This document shows, in pieces, positions 1 through 13,599 of a DNA stretch of 64,000 nucleotides. Position numbers and translations under genes: made by a program. The notes under the pieces are model-generated. The model worked only from the letters and a program-made list of their open reading frames with translations. It was not told the DNA's origin and made no database searches. This DNA is from Camelus dromedarius (taxonomy: Eukaryota), in the NCBI RefSeq assembly GCF_036321535.1, contig NC_087437.1:68760001-68824000 (forward strand), read 5' to 3'. How positions within the stretch are numbered: position 1 is the first letter of the stretch; each line of letters begins with the position of its first letter.

Positions 1-490
1 CTAGCAATTCCACTCCTAGGTATAGCAGGAAAACAAAGCACTAATTCAAAAAGACACATACACCCCAATGCTCATAGCAGCATTATTTACAAAAACCAAA
101 GTATGGGAACAACCAAAGTGTCTAATAATAGATGAATGGATGAGAAGGATGTGGCATATACATATGTGTGTGTGTATGTGTATATATGTGTATATATATA
201 TATATATATATGTATGTGTATGTGTGTATATATATATATCTTTAAACACACACAATGGTATACACTAGTAGAGAGTGAAGGGGGTGAAGCAAGTTGGGAA
301 TAGGGGATTAAGAGGTATAAACCATTATGTATAAAATAAATAAGCTACAAGGATAAATTGTACAGCACAGGGAATATAGCCAATATTTTATGACAATTTT
401 AAATGGAGTATAATCTACACAATTTTGGAATCATGATGTTGTACACTTAAAACTAATATGTTGTCAATCAGCTATACCTCAAAAAAAAAG
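1..490 (+). mobile_element. LINE-1 3' end (ORF2 C-terminus remnant + 3' UTR + A tail), internally deleted
   Basis: GCAATTCCACTCCTAGGTAT...CCCCAATGCTCATAGCAGCATTATTTAC translates to the L1 ORF2 tail (MLIAALFTKTKVWEQPKC). The 3' UTR reads GTACAGCACAGGGAATATAGCCAATATTTT...CTATACCTCAAAAAAAAA. Confidence 0.93.
146..240. repeat. Compound (TA)n/(TG)n microsatellite inside L1
   Basis: Alternating TA/TG dinucleotide runs seen directly. Confidence 0.95.
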
Positions 491-1229
491 TAAAAAACCC
501 AACCCAACTCATATGGGATGGGGCCATCAGCAGGGCTTGTATGCAAGATGACTGACCATGAGTTGTAAGCTCAACTCAAAATCTGTTCTTGAAAGGGTGC
601 AGACATATGAAACACCTGCATTTGAGAGAAGAGCTTCCACACATATATCTGTCTACCCACGCATTTGGTAGGTTCTAAAGGATGGTAGTTTTTTAAACGT
701 ACACTTTTTCTTCGTTTTTGCTTTTGTTTTTTTCCCTTACAATGTTCAAGTGCTTTGTCTTCAGGCAAACAGAAAACATTTCAAAGTTCCACGCACTGAG
801 GAAAAGATAGGTGATAGAAGCGTTAATAAGAATGTCAGTTTGCCCTCTCAGCTCTCGCCATTTCCTCAGAGAAACAGGCTTGCATCAACATGCAGTTCAG
901 CCAATGAGAGTCCAGTAAGTTATGTGCGAAGTACAGAGGAGGACAGGAATTAACTCTACTGGGGCGGCCAGTGGTCAGGAAAGTCGTCAAAGAAGAGGTG
1001 TTATCTGAAAAGAGGCTGAGAGATTTACAAGGAAGGTGAAGAGAGGTGGAGAGCTGGTGAAGGTAGGACACCTAGATGCCTAGGGGTGTTTGCAGAACTT
1101 TTAGTCATCTCATGTGCTTTCCACTGTACGCTGCTTGTGGCGTGTTTCTGGGGGTAAATGCTGTAAGAGGTGGAGATCTGGTATACAGTGCTAGGTAATT
1201 TATATTTATCCAAATGATAAAGTAGGATT

Positions 1230-1590
1230 TGTATTGGCCTAACTGTGTCCCTCTCAGGGTCTTATGTTGAAGCCCTAACTCCCCGTACCTAAGAATGTGA
1301 CTGTATTTGGAGTTGAACGGAGGCCGGCAGGGTGGGCCCTAATCCAATCCGACTGCTGTCTTTATAAGAAAAGCTAATTTGGATCCACAAGGAAACATCA
1401 GGAATGTGTGTGTGTGGAGGAAAGACCATGCAGGGAAAGAAGGTGGCCACCTGTCAGCCGAGGAGAAGGGGCCCAGAAGAAACCAGACTTTGGTCTTGGA
1501 CTTCTATCCTCAAACTGTGAAAAAGTAACTTTCTGTTTAAGTCTCCCAGTCTGTGGTATGTTGTTATTACAGCCCTAGAAAATTAATACA
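1230..1590 (+). mobile_element. MaLR solo LTR (MLT1B-like)
   Basis: TG...CA termini; TATGTTGAAGCCCTAAC, GAATGTGACTGTATTTGGAG, GGGTGGGCCCTAATCCAAT and the end CAGTCTGTGGTATGTTGTTATTACAGCCCTAGAAAATTAATACA are typical of MLT1. Confidence 0.9.
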
Positions 1591-1999
1591 AGGGCTTTTA
1601 TCATCAAAGGAGGCATTTTCAAATAGAAGGTTTGTATGTTCAAATCGGGCCTTTAGAAGTCTGAATGTGTTGACACTGTGATCCTTTAATCATCTTGGTA
1701 ATCTGAGGTAGTTTTGTTTTGCTTTGTTCTACAATCTCTTTTTTTGAGGAGGGGGCTTAAAAAAGCATAATCACAAAAAATAACTCATTTTGCTACTTTA
1801 ACCAAGAAATCAGTGGGTCTAGAAAATGAACCTCAGAATACTCAAACCACTTAGAGCCACATTTCTTCAGGATACCATGCAGTGGTCCCCAGGGTGAGAG
1901 GGATGTGATTTTCCTCCGGCAATAGAGGAATAGAACTATCAAATCTGTAATAAATAGAAATCGTTTTACCTTTCACACATTTTCAGAATTTCCCCTGCT

Positions 2000-2250
2000 G
2001 CTTCAGCTAATTAATTATCAATGCTCTTTGTGTTTGGACAGGGGGGTTTGTCTCCTTCACAGCCCATCTGATTCTTGGTAACCTTGCTGTGAAGTCACTG
2101 CCAAACGGAGTTGCTGATAAAGTTATCATCTCCATGGCAACCTGCTGCTATGTCACAAACACAGGAGTGTGACCTCACTGCTGTTAAAAGGAGAAATCAA
2201 AGTGGTGTCTGTTGTATGAGACGATAGGAGCTATTAATCAGAAGCACCAT
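2000..2250. promoter_or_regulatory. Candidate enhancer: motif-dense unique sequence (inverted GATA pair, RFX X-box, TCF/LEF, homeodomain)
   Basis: TGATAA-AG-TTATCA 2115-2128; ATCTCCATGGCAAC 2128-2141; ATCAAAG near 2195; TAATTAATTA near 2008. Motifs only, no functional data. Confidence 0.4.
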
Positions 2251-2544
2251 TTATTTATTTATTTTTTAGAAATACAGGAGAGAAGGATCCTTCTAGAAGA
2301 GCATTACTGCAATAGCCTTGCTGCTAATTACTAAAATTAAATGAGCATTTTAGTATTAGGAGTGCAATACAAACGTGCAGCTGGTTACACTTGAGGGTAA
2401 AATGTCCTGTGTAAACAGGATTCTGATTTAGAGAGGTCTTTTTGGTCCATGAAATGTGAAATGCTCCCTTCATTTGCCTTTGCGTACATTTTGGTTGGCT
2501 CCTTTCCAAGGACAACAACTAACACTCAGTACTTACAACCTAGC

Positions 2545-2725
2545 AGATCCCACAACCCATGAGGTCACAACCATTCTCCCCATTTTACAGTGACGGAACT
2601 GAGGCTTAGCATGGTGGAAGGACTTGCCCGAGGGCACACACAGGAGGCAGGGATGGCGCTGGGTCTGGAACCCAGGACTGTGCCTGCTAAGCCAGGTCCT
2701 TTCCAGCTGTGCTCCGCTGCCTGGC
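2545..2725 (-). mobile_element. MIR SINE
   Basis: Core CCCCATTTTACAGTGACGGAACTGAGGCTTAG...GACTTGCCCGAGG...GAACCCAGG. Confidence 0.85.
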
Positions 2726-4189
2726 TATGTGCCGTCTACCCCTCAATGTGCATGGTGCTGTTGCTTTTTTTTTTTCTGGAAACAAGAGTTTCCAGAATTA
2801 GAATTTAGTGTCATAAAATCTTACCAGTTTTTAGACATCAATGACATTTTAGTAATGAAAGAATTGCAGGATACCAGAATTGATTTCATCCAGCTCCTTT
2901 ATTTTATAGATGAGAAAACTTAGTTCTATAGGAAAGGACTTATACCCAAAGTAGCTAAAGGATTATTAGCTGCTACTTTGATGGTTCAGAATAACATTCT
3001 TGTAAAAGTCTGCATCCGCCCCATATCGGCTGGCACGTGAGTATGATGTGGTAGTGCCACGGCATGGCTAAGTGGCTTCTGTCAGAACACCCCCGACATG
3101 TGGCCACAAATGCCCAAGAAGAATGCTTGTGCTGCTCAGACACCTTCAAAGCAAGTCCTCATCCTTCTCTTCTAACCAGATGGCCTTGAAATCCCTTCCT
3201 ATTTAGATATTCTGGAGCCACCAATGTGAAAAACAAAATAAAACAAAACAGCCACAGAAAAATGTAGCTATGGTTTCAGATACCAGTTCTGTGATCCCAT
3301 TTATTCCTTGCCATGATAACTTTGGAGGAGTTGCAGTTCCATAAAAAAATCAGCTTGAACTTTTTCTATGAGGAAAAGTAGTACTTCATCTGTTTTATTA
3401 GTAGGGATTGACTCAGTATAAGTGAAATTAAGTGTGAGCCTAATTCAGTGATTTTTCTTTTGTTGCCCCATTGGCTCTACTCATGTTAATTGCTTTAACA
3501 TCCAACGAATGAGACCTTTATTTATCCTGCAAACATTCTATGACTGTTATGTTATACATCTCTTAGTAAAGATGACACTCCTGGTATGATGTTTGCCAAG
3601 CTTGAGGAAGTTAGCAGCGTCTCCCTTGCTTACTGCATCCATTTGTACAAGAGCCCATATACTGAAGGGGAATTAAGACACGTAGCCTCAGTGTGTCTCC
3701 TAGAGAAACAGCTAAACGCTGAGTGACACGGTGAATTCTGAAATCGACCCACAGGAACTATTACCATAACTTCTGATCAACCTGTGATTTTCTTCTTTGG
3801 ATGGCTGGTTAACTAGTTACTCAGTTGTATGACACAGGCAGTAAATACTGTACCTGAAAGTGCTGCATCTCTCCAGCTGCCAGAGAGCTAAGGCGACACC
3901 ATTCATTGGGAATTTGCTGTGTGTGCGTGTGCTAGACACCGGAAAGAGAAAACCAAGAGAAGCGGGTGTGCAGCCCATGCACCCTGATTGTTCACGGTGT
4001 TGTGGGAGATACACAGGACCAGCAGATGCCCAACAGCACAAAGAAAGGGAGAGAGTCAAAGATTATGCCGGTTGTCACGTTTCAGAGTTTCTACGTGTGC
4101 TAGGTATAGGAATGAAAGAAAAGACATCAGACAAACCTCACCTTAAACAGTTTTTTCAAATGGATGATTAGAAAGAAAATATAAAAATA

Positions 4190-4345
4190 GCATTTTTGAG
4201 TATTTATTTTGTGCTAGGCACCCTGCCAAGCATTTTGTTTTTCTTATCATTTCATCTTTTTAACAAACCTGGGACATGAGCTTTATAGTTTACTGATTGA
4301 AATTCAAGGGTTCAAGTGACTTGTCCAAATCAACAGGTGATAAAT
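4190..4345 (-). mobile_element. MIR SINE, degenerate
   Basis: CATTTTTGAGTATTTATTTTGTGCTAGGCAC...AAGTGACTTGTCCAA. Confidence 0.65.
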
Positions 4346-4677
4346 TGGCAAATTTCAGAAACTATATATCTAGTACCTACAAGTTGATGGCAAATTTATG
4401 CTGCCTGGAAAAAATGAGAGTAACATCCTGCAGGCCAGTTCAGATTTCTCTTATTCTACTTAGTCATTTGGACTGACTGAGGGCATAGCATCATGGACTG
4501 TTTTTCCTACAGCTTTACTCAGGATTCCCTCAGATTAACAATTTTCTTTTTTTGGGGCAGGGGGAGTTCTTGTAACATTAGAGAAAGATATGTCAGCACA
4601 GGTTGCTTGAAAGTATATACTCCCGTGCAATCTTCCACCTTAGAACATGTTTGTCTTTTAGGGATTAGCTGAGTTGT

Positions 4678-4688
4678 ATGACTCAGCA
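4678..4688 (+). promoter_or_regulatory. NRF2/NF-E2-sMAF (ARE) consensus motif
   Basis: ATGACTCAGCA is an exact match to RTGACTCAGCA. Confidence 0.35.
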
Positions 4689-5199
4689 AGATTAATATTG
4701 ATAAAATTGATAGGTCTTATTTTTTTTACCTGTATACCCGGGTACTTAAAGCTGCAGTTATGTATAGACTGCTGTTCAGACATCTTTGCCATTATATAAC
4801 ATCTGTAGATCTAGAACACTCGTATGTTTTCCGATACAAATAATTCATTCAGTCTCCTTCCTTGTGTTCTGTTCTCATTTGTCCCTGGGAACATTACAGA
4901 AGGCAAAATACTTGGAGAGTGAAGAGACTTCAGCTGGGTGTCCTTGTGGCTGAATAAGTTAGATTTGGACAGATGGGAGTAGGAATTACTGGTTGGCTTA
5001 AAGTTTAGATTATAAATTGTAGGCAAGGAGAGGTTCCCAAGCATTACTTCTTTGGGATGTTATATGAGTTCAAAGAAGTATTGTTTAGTTTTTCTTAACT
5101 ATAAAAGCTCACATATAATTTATATTTTTCAGAGAAAAAAAGCGGAAATGAGATTAAACTACACACACAGCTACATAATTTTTTTTCACACAACACTGC

Positions 5200-6480
5200 A
5201 GCTAGGATGTTAAATATACACTATAAATAGATTTACTTCATTTTAATCACTACATAGTGACTTAGGTTTTTTTGATACATTTAGGTTGTTTCTAGGGTTT
5301 TTGTTTTTATTGTATAGTTCTGTTTGTTTTGTTATTACAAAGAATGTTGCAATGAACGTCTTTATTCATGTATTTTGCAAAATTGGTGAGTATCTCTGTA
5401 GAATACATTTCTAGAAGTCCAATTTTTGGATCAAAAGATAGTTGGATTTTACATTTTTATAGATACTGCCAATGGCTATACAAAATGTGCCAATTTTAAC
5501 CTCAACCAAGATATCTGTAGTGTTTCAATGTATCCCTTCAGTGTTAGGTAGTATCAAAGTTTGAATATTTTTACCATTTTGATATATAAAAGATGGTCCA
5601 ACTTTTAGGTTAAATCTCTTCATGAGTGAGTTTGAATATTTTCTTATGCTAATTGAGCATTGGTGTTTTGTGTTTCTGTGTATTGTTTATTCATGCCATT
5701 TTCTCATTTTTCTATCAAATACATAGTTTTAAAATTTTATGGATAAAATTGCCTTAATATGGAAAGTATTCGTTCTTAGAACATCATATGTGTTAGAAAT
5801 AGTTTTCCCTGTTATCATGTCTCTTTTGACTTGGTTTGTGATAATTTGGGGAGTGGCAGAAGTTTTAATTTTTTATACAAATTTATCAATATCTTACGAT
5901 TTTTTTTGTTTTAATTCTCCACCTCAGGTACTTGAGAAAAAAAATCACATATTTTCCTTTTGTCCTTATATAATCTTGCTCTTTTTCTCTTCCTGTTTAT
6001 ATACTTGTTAATTCTTTGATCTATTTGGAATTTATTTTCATGTAAGATATAAGACAGTATTCCAACTGTTATTGTTTGCTACTAGTCAGTTGTCTTAATA
6101 ATATTTGGTACCTAATTTGCTTTTCACTCACGTTTATCATAAACTAAATCCCTTTAGGTATATATCTCTATATATGATTTCACTTTTCAATTGTTTTTCT
6201 GATCATCTAGACCAGTGTAAACTATTTTAAATACTGTAGCTTAATATGTTTTAGTATTTAGTTGTGCAGTTTCCGTTTGTCATTATTTTTCAGTTATGCT
6301 GACTTTTCTGCATGCTTTTGTTTTCCATAAAAAATACTTGAGATCACCTTGGCACTTTGACTGAGACTGTGCTGGTTTTCTAGATTAATTTAGAGAGAAA
6401 TGCTGTCATTACCCAACGTTATCGTGAATAATGAGATTTCACCCAGAGATAAAGTATGTATTTCCACTTACTCATTTTTA
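5200..6480 (-). mobile_element. Old LINE-1 (L1ME-like) ORF2/3' fragment
   Basis: T-rich strand with L1 antisense phrases (CATTTAGGTTGTTTC, TGTTGCAATGAAC, GGAATTTATTTT, TAGATTAATTTAGAGAGAA). Confidence 0.75.
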
Positions 6481-8649
6481 ATTCCACGGGGTAACTAAAT
6501 CAAGCGTTTAAAAAATATATTCCTTTCTCACTTTTCTTTATAACCTCTTTAAATTCTTAGAGGAAATCGCATTGTTCATCTAACGTCTAACATGTTTTGC
6601 TCTTCATTACTCATTCCTTTTTCCTGATATCTTTGTTTTATCTTCTCCTCTCATTTAACCTTGGATGTTTTGAAAGTCCGCTGCAGTGAATTCATTCTCC
6701 CAAATTCTGGAGGCTAGCTTTTTAGCTGTGGAGGGTGAACGGCACAGTATTTGAATAATAGCTAATTTTATAAACAGTACAGAACAGCTGCCTTTCACTG
6801 CTTTCTGCTGGTGCATGGTCATTACTAGTGCAGGACTGAGTGATTTGGGTGAAGTTTACTTAAGGATCACGGTCATTATATATTTATGAATCACAGCGAA
6901 CACTATTTAGGATAAGCTGTTCCCTGAGAATTGACATGCTGCATCAGGGACTGGGTGATAGAATTCCTCGGCCTGTGTTGGTGGCACTAACAATCTGTTT
7001 CCTAAGCCAGCTTCTGCAAGCTAATGATCACAGTCACTAACCATTCTATTCTCATTTTAATAAAGATGGCAAAGAGAGGAAAGCATAATAAGAGAAAAAA
7101 GGTAATAGATATACTATTTAGACTATTTGAAAACGAATAAAATCCATTTACCCTTATTCGGAGGAACAGCAGGAAAAGCATGCAAAGCAGTAAAAGCAGC
7201 ATCAAGACATTGCCATTCAGACTCATGTGCTCCCTGGCGTTCTAATCCCTTTTCCCCAAAAGAGTATCCCTGCATAACGCCATCAAATCCTCATGCCTTT
7301 TCTCTATTTTTGTTGTTATTATTGGCAGTGTGTCTTAATGGAGGTTACAGCCACTACAGCCTTCAGAAGCTCTTCAAACAGACTTATGTTCTTTTCCATT
7401 ACCAGACAGTTTATTTTGTTCAGGGAACAGTTTTAGAGTAGAAGATACTCTGATCTTGTGGGGCACACAAAGGAACAAAGGATTAACTTAAATTCTTGTC
7501 ATTGACCAGACCCTACAGCTTTGTAAGAGTCAGGCTACAACACTCTACCTGAGGATGAGCCTGCCCCGTCTTACTCTTCCTCAGTCTTCTCTCTTGTCCC
7601 TCTGCTGGTTCTCTACTATCAAGACCAGAACTCCCAACCTTGTCAGGTCAATTAGTGGGCTCAGTCATTGAGCAAGGGGAATGGAATTCCTTTTGGATAT
7701 TTATTGAGAGTATGATGTGTCTTAATGTATACTTGGTCCACTAACCAGAGCCAGAGCTGGCTAGAAGTCTGGTTATTTTTATCATCTGAAACACCCCTGA
7801 TGTTGAATGTCAATTCCTAAAATGTTCTGTAGGTGTTGACTTAGGAAACAGGGATTGTGAAGGCTGAAGAGATAGGTATCAGGCCATGTCCCATGCGGCC
7901 TTTCCTTCTTTCACTGGTCTAGAACCACAGCAGCAGGGTTAGAGGAAGGTGGGGCCCAGGACTACTGAATAAGGACACCCTACCATTACCCAAGAACAAT
8001 GGAAATTCTAAGCCGGAGGATTGTAGGCTTCCTGGCCCTTAATGTGGTGAGGCATCGTTTTCTGAATGATGGCTGTGTGGTTGTGAGATGCTAGTTAGCA
8101 AGAATGGGAATCTCTAATGGAATGTATATAGTTTCTAGGAATAAAGATGATATTGTGTATTTAATTGAAAAATGGAAAAAAATATATAGAACTTGCACAA
8201 GGCCTGAGGAAGAATTACCAGAATCACTTGAGAGTTTCTAGTTCTCTCTCTGGGGCATATTGGCCAGCACTTGGTGTCTCACCCAAGAATGCTCCCAGGG
8301 AACATACAGTTGTGTTTCTTCTCACCTGGAAGAACCATGAGTCTGTTTTCTTGGAATCCTGTGAGACCTATGACCATCCTTCAGGTGTCAAAATCCACCT
8401 CAGTAATACAAATAATGCAGAAATAAACCGGAGGATAAGAGTTTCTGGTTGTCCCCCTGGCACTGTCCAGTCTAGACCCATAGTGTATTGTACAGAAATG
8501 AGACATTCAAGAAAAGTTAGGTTTATCAATCCAGAGCAGAATCTAGAATAACAATAAAGCTATTGCATCACTATTTAGTTCTCTCCACAGCATAACTCTA
8601 GACAAATCTGCCTCAGCTCTTTGCTTTATCAAGTGAAAGCTGATTGGCA

Positions 8650-9197
8650 GGTAAATCTAATCATGTTCCTGAAGTCCCATCCCTGATTTCCCTTTGCTCT
8701 TAGGATAGAGATGAAACTTCTTAACTGGATGGGAAGGGTCCTACATAGTCAGCCTCGACCAGCGTCTCCAAGCTTATCTCCTACAGGCTCTTCTTTTACT
8801 TCCCACCACTCTTCTTTAGCTCCAGGTACCCATGCTACTCCCTGCCATCAGAGGGCATTTTCATGTGACATGCCCTCTACCTAATCCCTTTCCTTCTCCT
8901 TTTTGTTCTTTAAGACACCATTTAGATCTTGGGTTAATCATTTTCTTGGGAAGGCTCTTGGCTCGATCAAATAATGTGACAGATTTTCAGAACAGCACAT
9001 ACTTTTCCATGTTGGGACTTGTCACTGTTGCCTTTTCACATTTGTTTATATGATTTGATCCATGTGTACTTTCTCCCACTAGACTCTAAGCTATTATGAG
9101 AAGAGAAAACACGTCTCTGTTGTTCATTATTCTATCCCTAGTGTCTATGATGGTTCCTGGCACGTAGTAGCTACCAAAAACGTGTCAAATGAATGTT
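8650..9197 (+). mobile_element. LINE-2 3' end
   Basis: CTCCCACTAGACTCTAAGCT...TTCCTGGCACGTAGTAG...AAATGAATG, the L2 3' terminus pattern. Confidence 0.8.
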
Positions 9198-10697
9198 GAC
9201 TTTAACACATGTCTGTATCTCCATCAGAAATGCTTAGGATGTTTGAGGGGCAAGAAGAACTTCTGCAGAAATGTCTCACCAGCCTGGCTGAGAGAATACA
9301 GGGTAGGGATATCCTTTGCTGCCCTTAAAGTACAGCATCAGCTGAGCTGAATGAGAGATGCTGAACTCAGGAGTGGTGACTCTGCACGCAGAGAAGAAAT
9401 ATAATTTAACGGTTGCCAAGATAACACTTCAAAATCATCAGGAAAACAGCGACAAAATAAACCTATTAAAGGATCATAGACTGTTAAGTCTGGAAAGAAT
9501 GTTCAGTATTGTTTAAGAATAATCTTTCTCTTTTAAAAATGAGAAAGTAGAAGCCTAGCAGTGGAGGATTAGGACAAAAATCAAAGATTGCTTACACATA
9601 ATGTGTACTCCTTTGCTACACCATTCTGCTTCTAAAAAAGCACTCTCTGAGATACTTGGAGTTTAAAAAAGAAATTTGGGGGAAAAAGTTAGTGGAATTC
9701 ATATACTGTACCAAGATAGTCTGTAGCCTTTTTTTTTTTTCCTTGCTGTACAAATGCAAAAAAAATTATAATAATGATGATGACTGAATATTATCTCTGA
9801 AATATATTATGTGGAGAATGGCAGTCACCCAAAAAAGCTTTTACTGTTTCTCAAGTGTTTGTTTGGATGCATTAAAACTATTTTTTTTTTAATCTAAAAG
9901 GCAGTCCCTCTCTTTGTTCCTTCTAAGTAAGGGATGAAAAATGACAGAGGTGGGAATTAGAGATCAGGACCCCATTCCAGAACCCAGCCAATCATCTACT
10001 CAGGGATTCCCTGGGCCCTGTTCTGCTTCTGTAGCAGTTCAGTTTCAGGGAGTTAATTTCTGCCAAGGTTTTCAGAATACACATCTAAATATAGTTCTTC
10101 AGGCTACAGTGATTTGATGTCCAAAATTCTAAAGCTCTATTATTTCTCTGTTAAAGCCAAAAACTTCAACATTGAGCTTGATTATAAATTGAAGTGCCTC
10201 CCAGTCTACCAAAAATAAATAGAAATATATGTAAATAACAGAAAAGAAAACAGAGAGAGGAGGGAAAAACAATCACCCAATCATCTATAAGAATAAAGCA
10301 ACATCTGATAGAGTGACTGTTGTGAATATAAATTTGAATAATTTCAATTAATCCCCCCACATACACTTTTGAGAAAATCCAGAAGGAAATACAATAGCAT
10401 GATTCTTGTGATTATTCTTTATATCTCTTTATTCCCTAAATTTATTTTTATTATGTTATTTTTATAATTAAAAAAATTACTTCTTTGAATATGTCATTTA
10501 CTATGACAACAGAGACTAGAATAAAATCCTCTTCCTATATTAAACTTTCCATTGCAAACCTACTAATCCAAGTTTGACAGTTTTGTTCTTTGCCAAACCC
10601 CAATTCAACCAGGGAAGTTAGAGCAAGATATTACAGAGCTGGTGCCCAGAGAAAGCATTCAAAAGGTCAAGCATGTTCATCATAAATAACTCTTAAC

Positions 10698-10875
10698 CAG
10701 AGGTGGATTTATTATCAGACTAATGATTCAGAAGCTTCTCATTTTCATAAGCCATTTTCTAGCCCCTGGGAGGGACATTAGTAATGTTGTATTCCTACTA
10801 TTGAATTCATTTTCTTGAAGAGTCCCTTCCCCAATGTATAAATCTTATGTTCCACAAAATTTAATCCAAACTTTG
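10698..10875 (+). mobile_element. Short hAT DNA transposon (MER53-like)
   Basis: Starts CAGAGGTGGATTTA and ends ...CCACAAAATTTAATCCAAACTTTG (degenerate terminal inverted repeats); internal GCCCCTGGGAGGG; about 180 bp. Confidence 0.65.
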
Positions 10876-13599
10876 CTTTTACAAGGAAAAGAGAAAGTGT
10901 AGGAAACTCCATCTGGTCATTAATTTTGGCCATTAACTTGAATCCCAGTGAGTGAATGTCCTCTGTTTCATACTTCTGACACTTTCAGTCCTGAGTATCC
11001 TGAGAAGTTCCATGTCTGAGTATCCTCTTATATTGTTTCTTAAGCACCGTTGACATTTGGCCCATTTAGTGTCGGACTGCTCTGCAATCCACTGATTAGC
11101 CCTAGAAATATTTGTTTCTTAGACCTCCTCTGATTTCCCCCAAGTAGTTGATTTCTCTCTGTCCCTTTTTTTTCCAGCACAATGTATGAATTCTCATATG
11201 TTTACATACAAAAGTAGTTTCCCCTTCCATATCCATGGCTCTGGCTTTAGGCAACAATCTGCTGAATTTACCAATGCTGCCCTCAGCAATCTAGTTCTGA
11301 GGGCAATATCCCAGTATGAAAGGTTGTTGGAAACCTATCTGCGTTTCATAATGGATTTCCAGGAAACAACAACAAAAAATCAATTCCTGACCCCTAATGA
11401 GAGGTCCTTTAATCTTTCTCATGTCCTCATCCTCTTTATTTTGTCAAAGCTCAAGAAGGGTAGCAGCCAACAAGGAGAAGTTCTCTGTCACATGGAATCT
11501 CTGGCTGTCTTGGGTCTGTTTCAAAGGTGCCATATCTCTCGGGAAACATGAAGAGAATTCTCATAAGAAACAAGAAAAGTAATTTGAAAAAGTACTTCAC
11601 AAAGACAGCCTTTAGTGGAGATGGAAGGGGTCCCGAGAAAAGTCTCCAAAGGTTGATTCTTAAAAAGAACTTGACATAGACTTGACACTGAAAGATGAAA
11701 ATGGAGCTAGTGAGACACTTTCTTGCCGGAGATGCCACTGGCTTGGCACAGCTTCTGATGGGAGAGCACATTTAAAGGGGAAGTTTCTGTCTGTACTAAC
11801 TGGCGAGACAAAATGGATCGTATAGCATTATATTCGTCTACCATAGTGGCTGGTGGGAGCCCTTCTCCTAATGGAGCCAGATCTCTCTGTCCAAGGAGCT
11901 AAAAAGGATGAGGATGAGTATTTGGATACATTCTTTCCCCACCCCATCCCACAAGTTGAAGAAGAAAGGACTTGAAGTTCTTTATTATTTTGAATCTTTC
12001 TATACCCGTTGGGCATAGTTATTCTGCAATAATCGCTCAACATAAATTGATCTAACAACAAAGTATTTTCTGGTAAAGGTACACATTAGATCTTGAGTAC
12101 CTGCTGTGTGTCTCTGGACCAGTTTCTTTGTGACTGGATATATAAAATCTCCATAATCCCTACATGATCTCCATGTGATCTCCGTTTACTCTTCACATCA
12201 ATTCCATGGCATAAAAGTTGCCCTTACCCATTTTCCCAGTTGAAGAAAGTCAAATTTAAGGCAGTTTTACAACTTGTTTGAGATTTATCTGATAAGTGGT
12301 AGAGCTGGGATCTAAATGTGACCCCAAGCACATGTCCCATGAGGCCATATGCAGCCTGTTCTCTTTGCCACCAGATTACAAGGCATGACTCTTGGTAGAG
12401 AAAGTGTTGGCCATATTATGCCCATCCCACACTTCCAGAAACCAGTAACAGAGGAGACTGTGGTAACCATGCAAGACCCATGAAAGAATTATGCTGGAGA
12501 ACTGAACATGTCAGTATTAGTGCCAGTGTCAGCACACAGAGAGACTGGGGTTCATAATTACAGTACTCATACACAAAGATTCAATCTACCTCTCATTGCA
12601 ACTCAAGTCAACCTTTGCTATTGATAATTTCTGTTATTGCTAGTGTCAGTAATTTATAGGGCTTCTCCAGAAAAGGAGAAGGAGAGATGGGATGTCCTAT
12701 CTAGATTCAAAATCAAAGTGGACTATTGTGTATATTGACTGGAAGGTTAATGACAATTAGTGACAATAAATAAGAATGTTTGGGGACAAAGTTAAAGCCT
12801 ATTAGGTTACATTGTACATGCTGTGGTGAACCTGGGAAAGAAATAGGTGTGATCAAATTATGGCTGGCTAGGCAGATTTCTGGAAGATGGTAGACTCTGA
12901 AAACTTTCAGATTCTCAGTTGTGCCCTGAGCTGTATCAAATGCACTGCATTCTGAAATCTTTGGGCTGAGAAGATGAAAAATTATAGGAAGAAATGGGTT
13001 CAATATTTGCTTTTCTGCCTCTTTAGATAGCTCTTATTTAACCTGTTGCAACTTGTGTTTGAGAATGAAGATCAAAAGTGTAACAGTAGCTTCCTAACCT
13101 ATGAGAAGATGTGTTTCTGTATACATTTCCACCTCCGACTTCATTTCTGTGACAAAGTCCCTAAAATGCCATAGATAATTTACAGTGTTAGTATCACAGC
13201 AACAGCAGGTCTGTGTGGGTTGGTTGTCGATTTATATCTAAAATAAATGGCATCTTTCAGAATGAAGGATGGATGCAGCAGGATGCATGATTCCAAGTTC
13301 TCACTGTAGTTAGGCTGTGCTTTTGTGCCAGAGCATCTGTATAATGAAACTTGACCATACCCGCAGCTGTCCTGTGTGACCATGACTGGGATCTTCATGA
13401 AATTATTTAAAGAGAATGCACACAGCATAACTTTACACACTACTCGCATCTCACAGAAAGGGAGGAAGAGCTTATGCCAGCATAGTGTTCCCCAATGGAG
13501 ACCCTTTGTTTTACCCTTTCTAGAGGATAAGCCACTCTTTTTTAGGGGTGGGGGAAGGGGAGAGACAGGCATTCCCTAAACGTAATCGGGATGGGAATT

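Noticed and set aside
46..268. ORFs 46-255 and 68-268
   Set aside because: L1 ORF2 remnant plus a dinucleotide microsatellite; not a gene.
5739..6011. Hydrophobic, membrane-like ORF
   Set aside because: T-rich antisense strand of an old L1 produces Phe/Leu/Ile-rich frames.
8165..8551. 128-aa ORF
   Set aside because: Starts at TTG, has no recognisable domain and no clear flanking splice sites.
11186..11771. Overlapping ORFs of 60-121 aa
   Set aside because: No homology recognised; lengths are compatible with chance.
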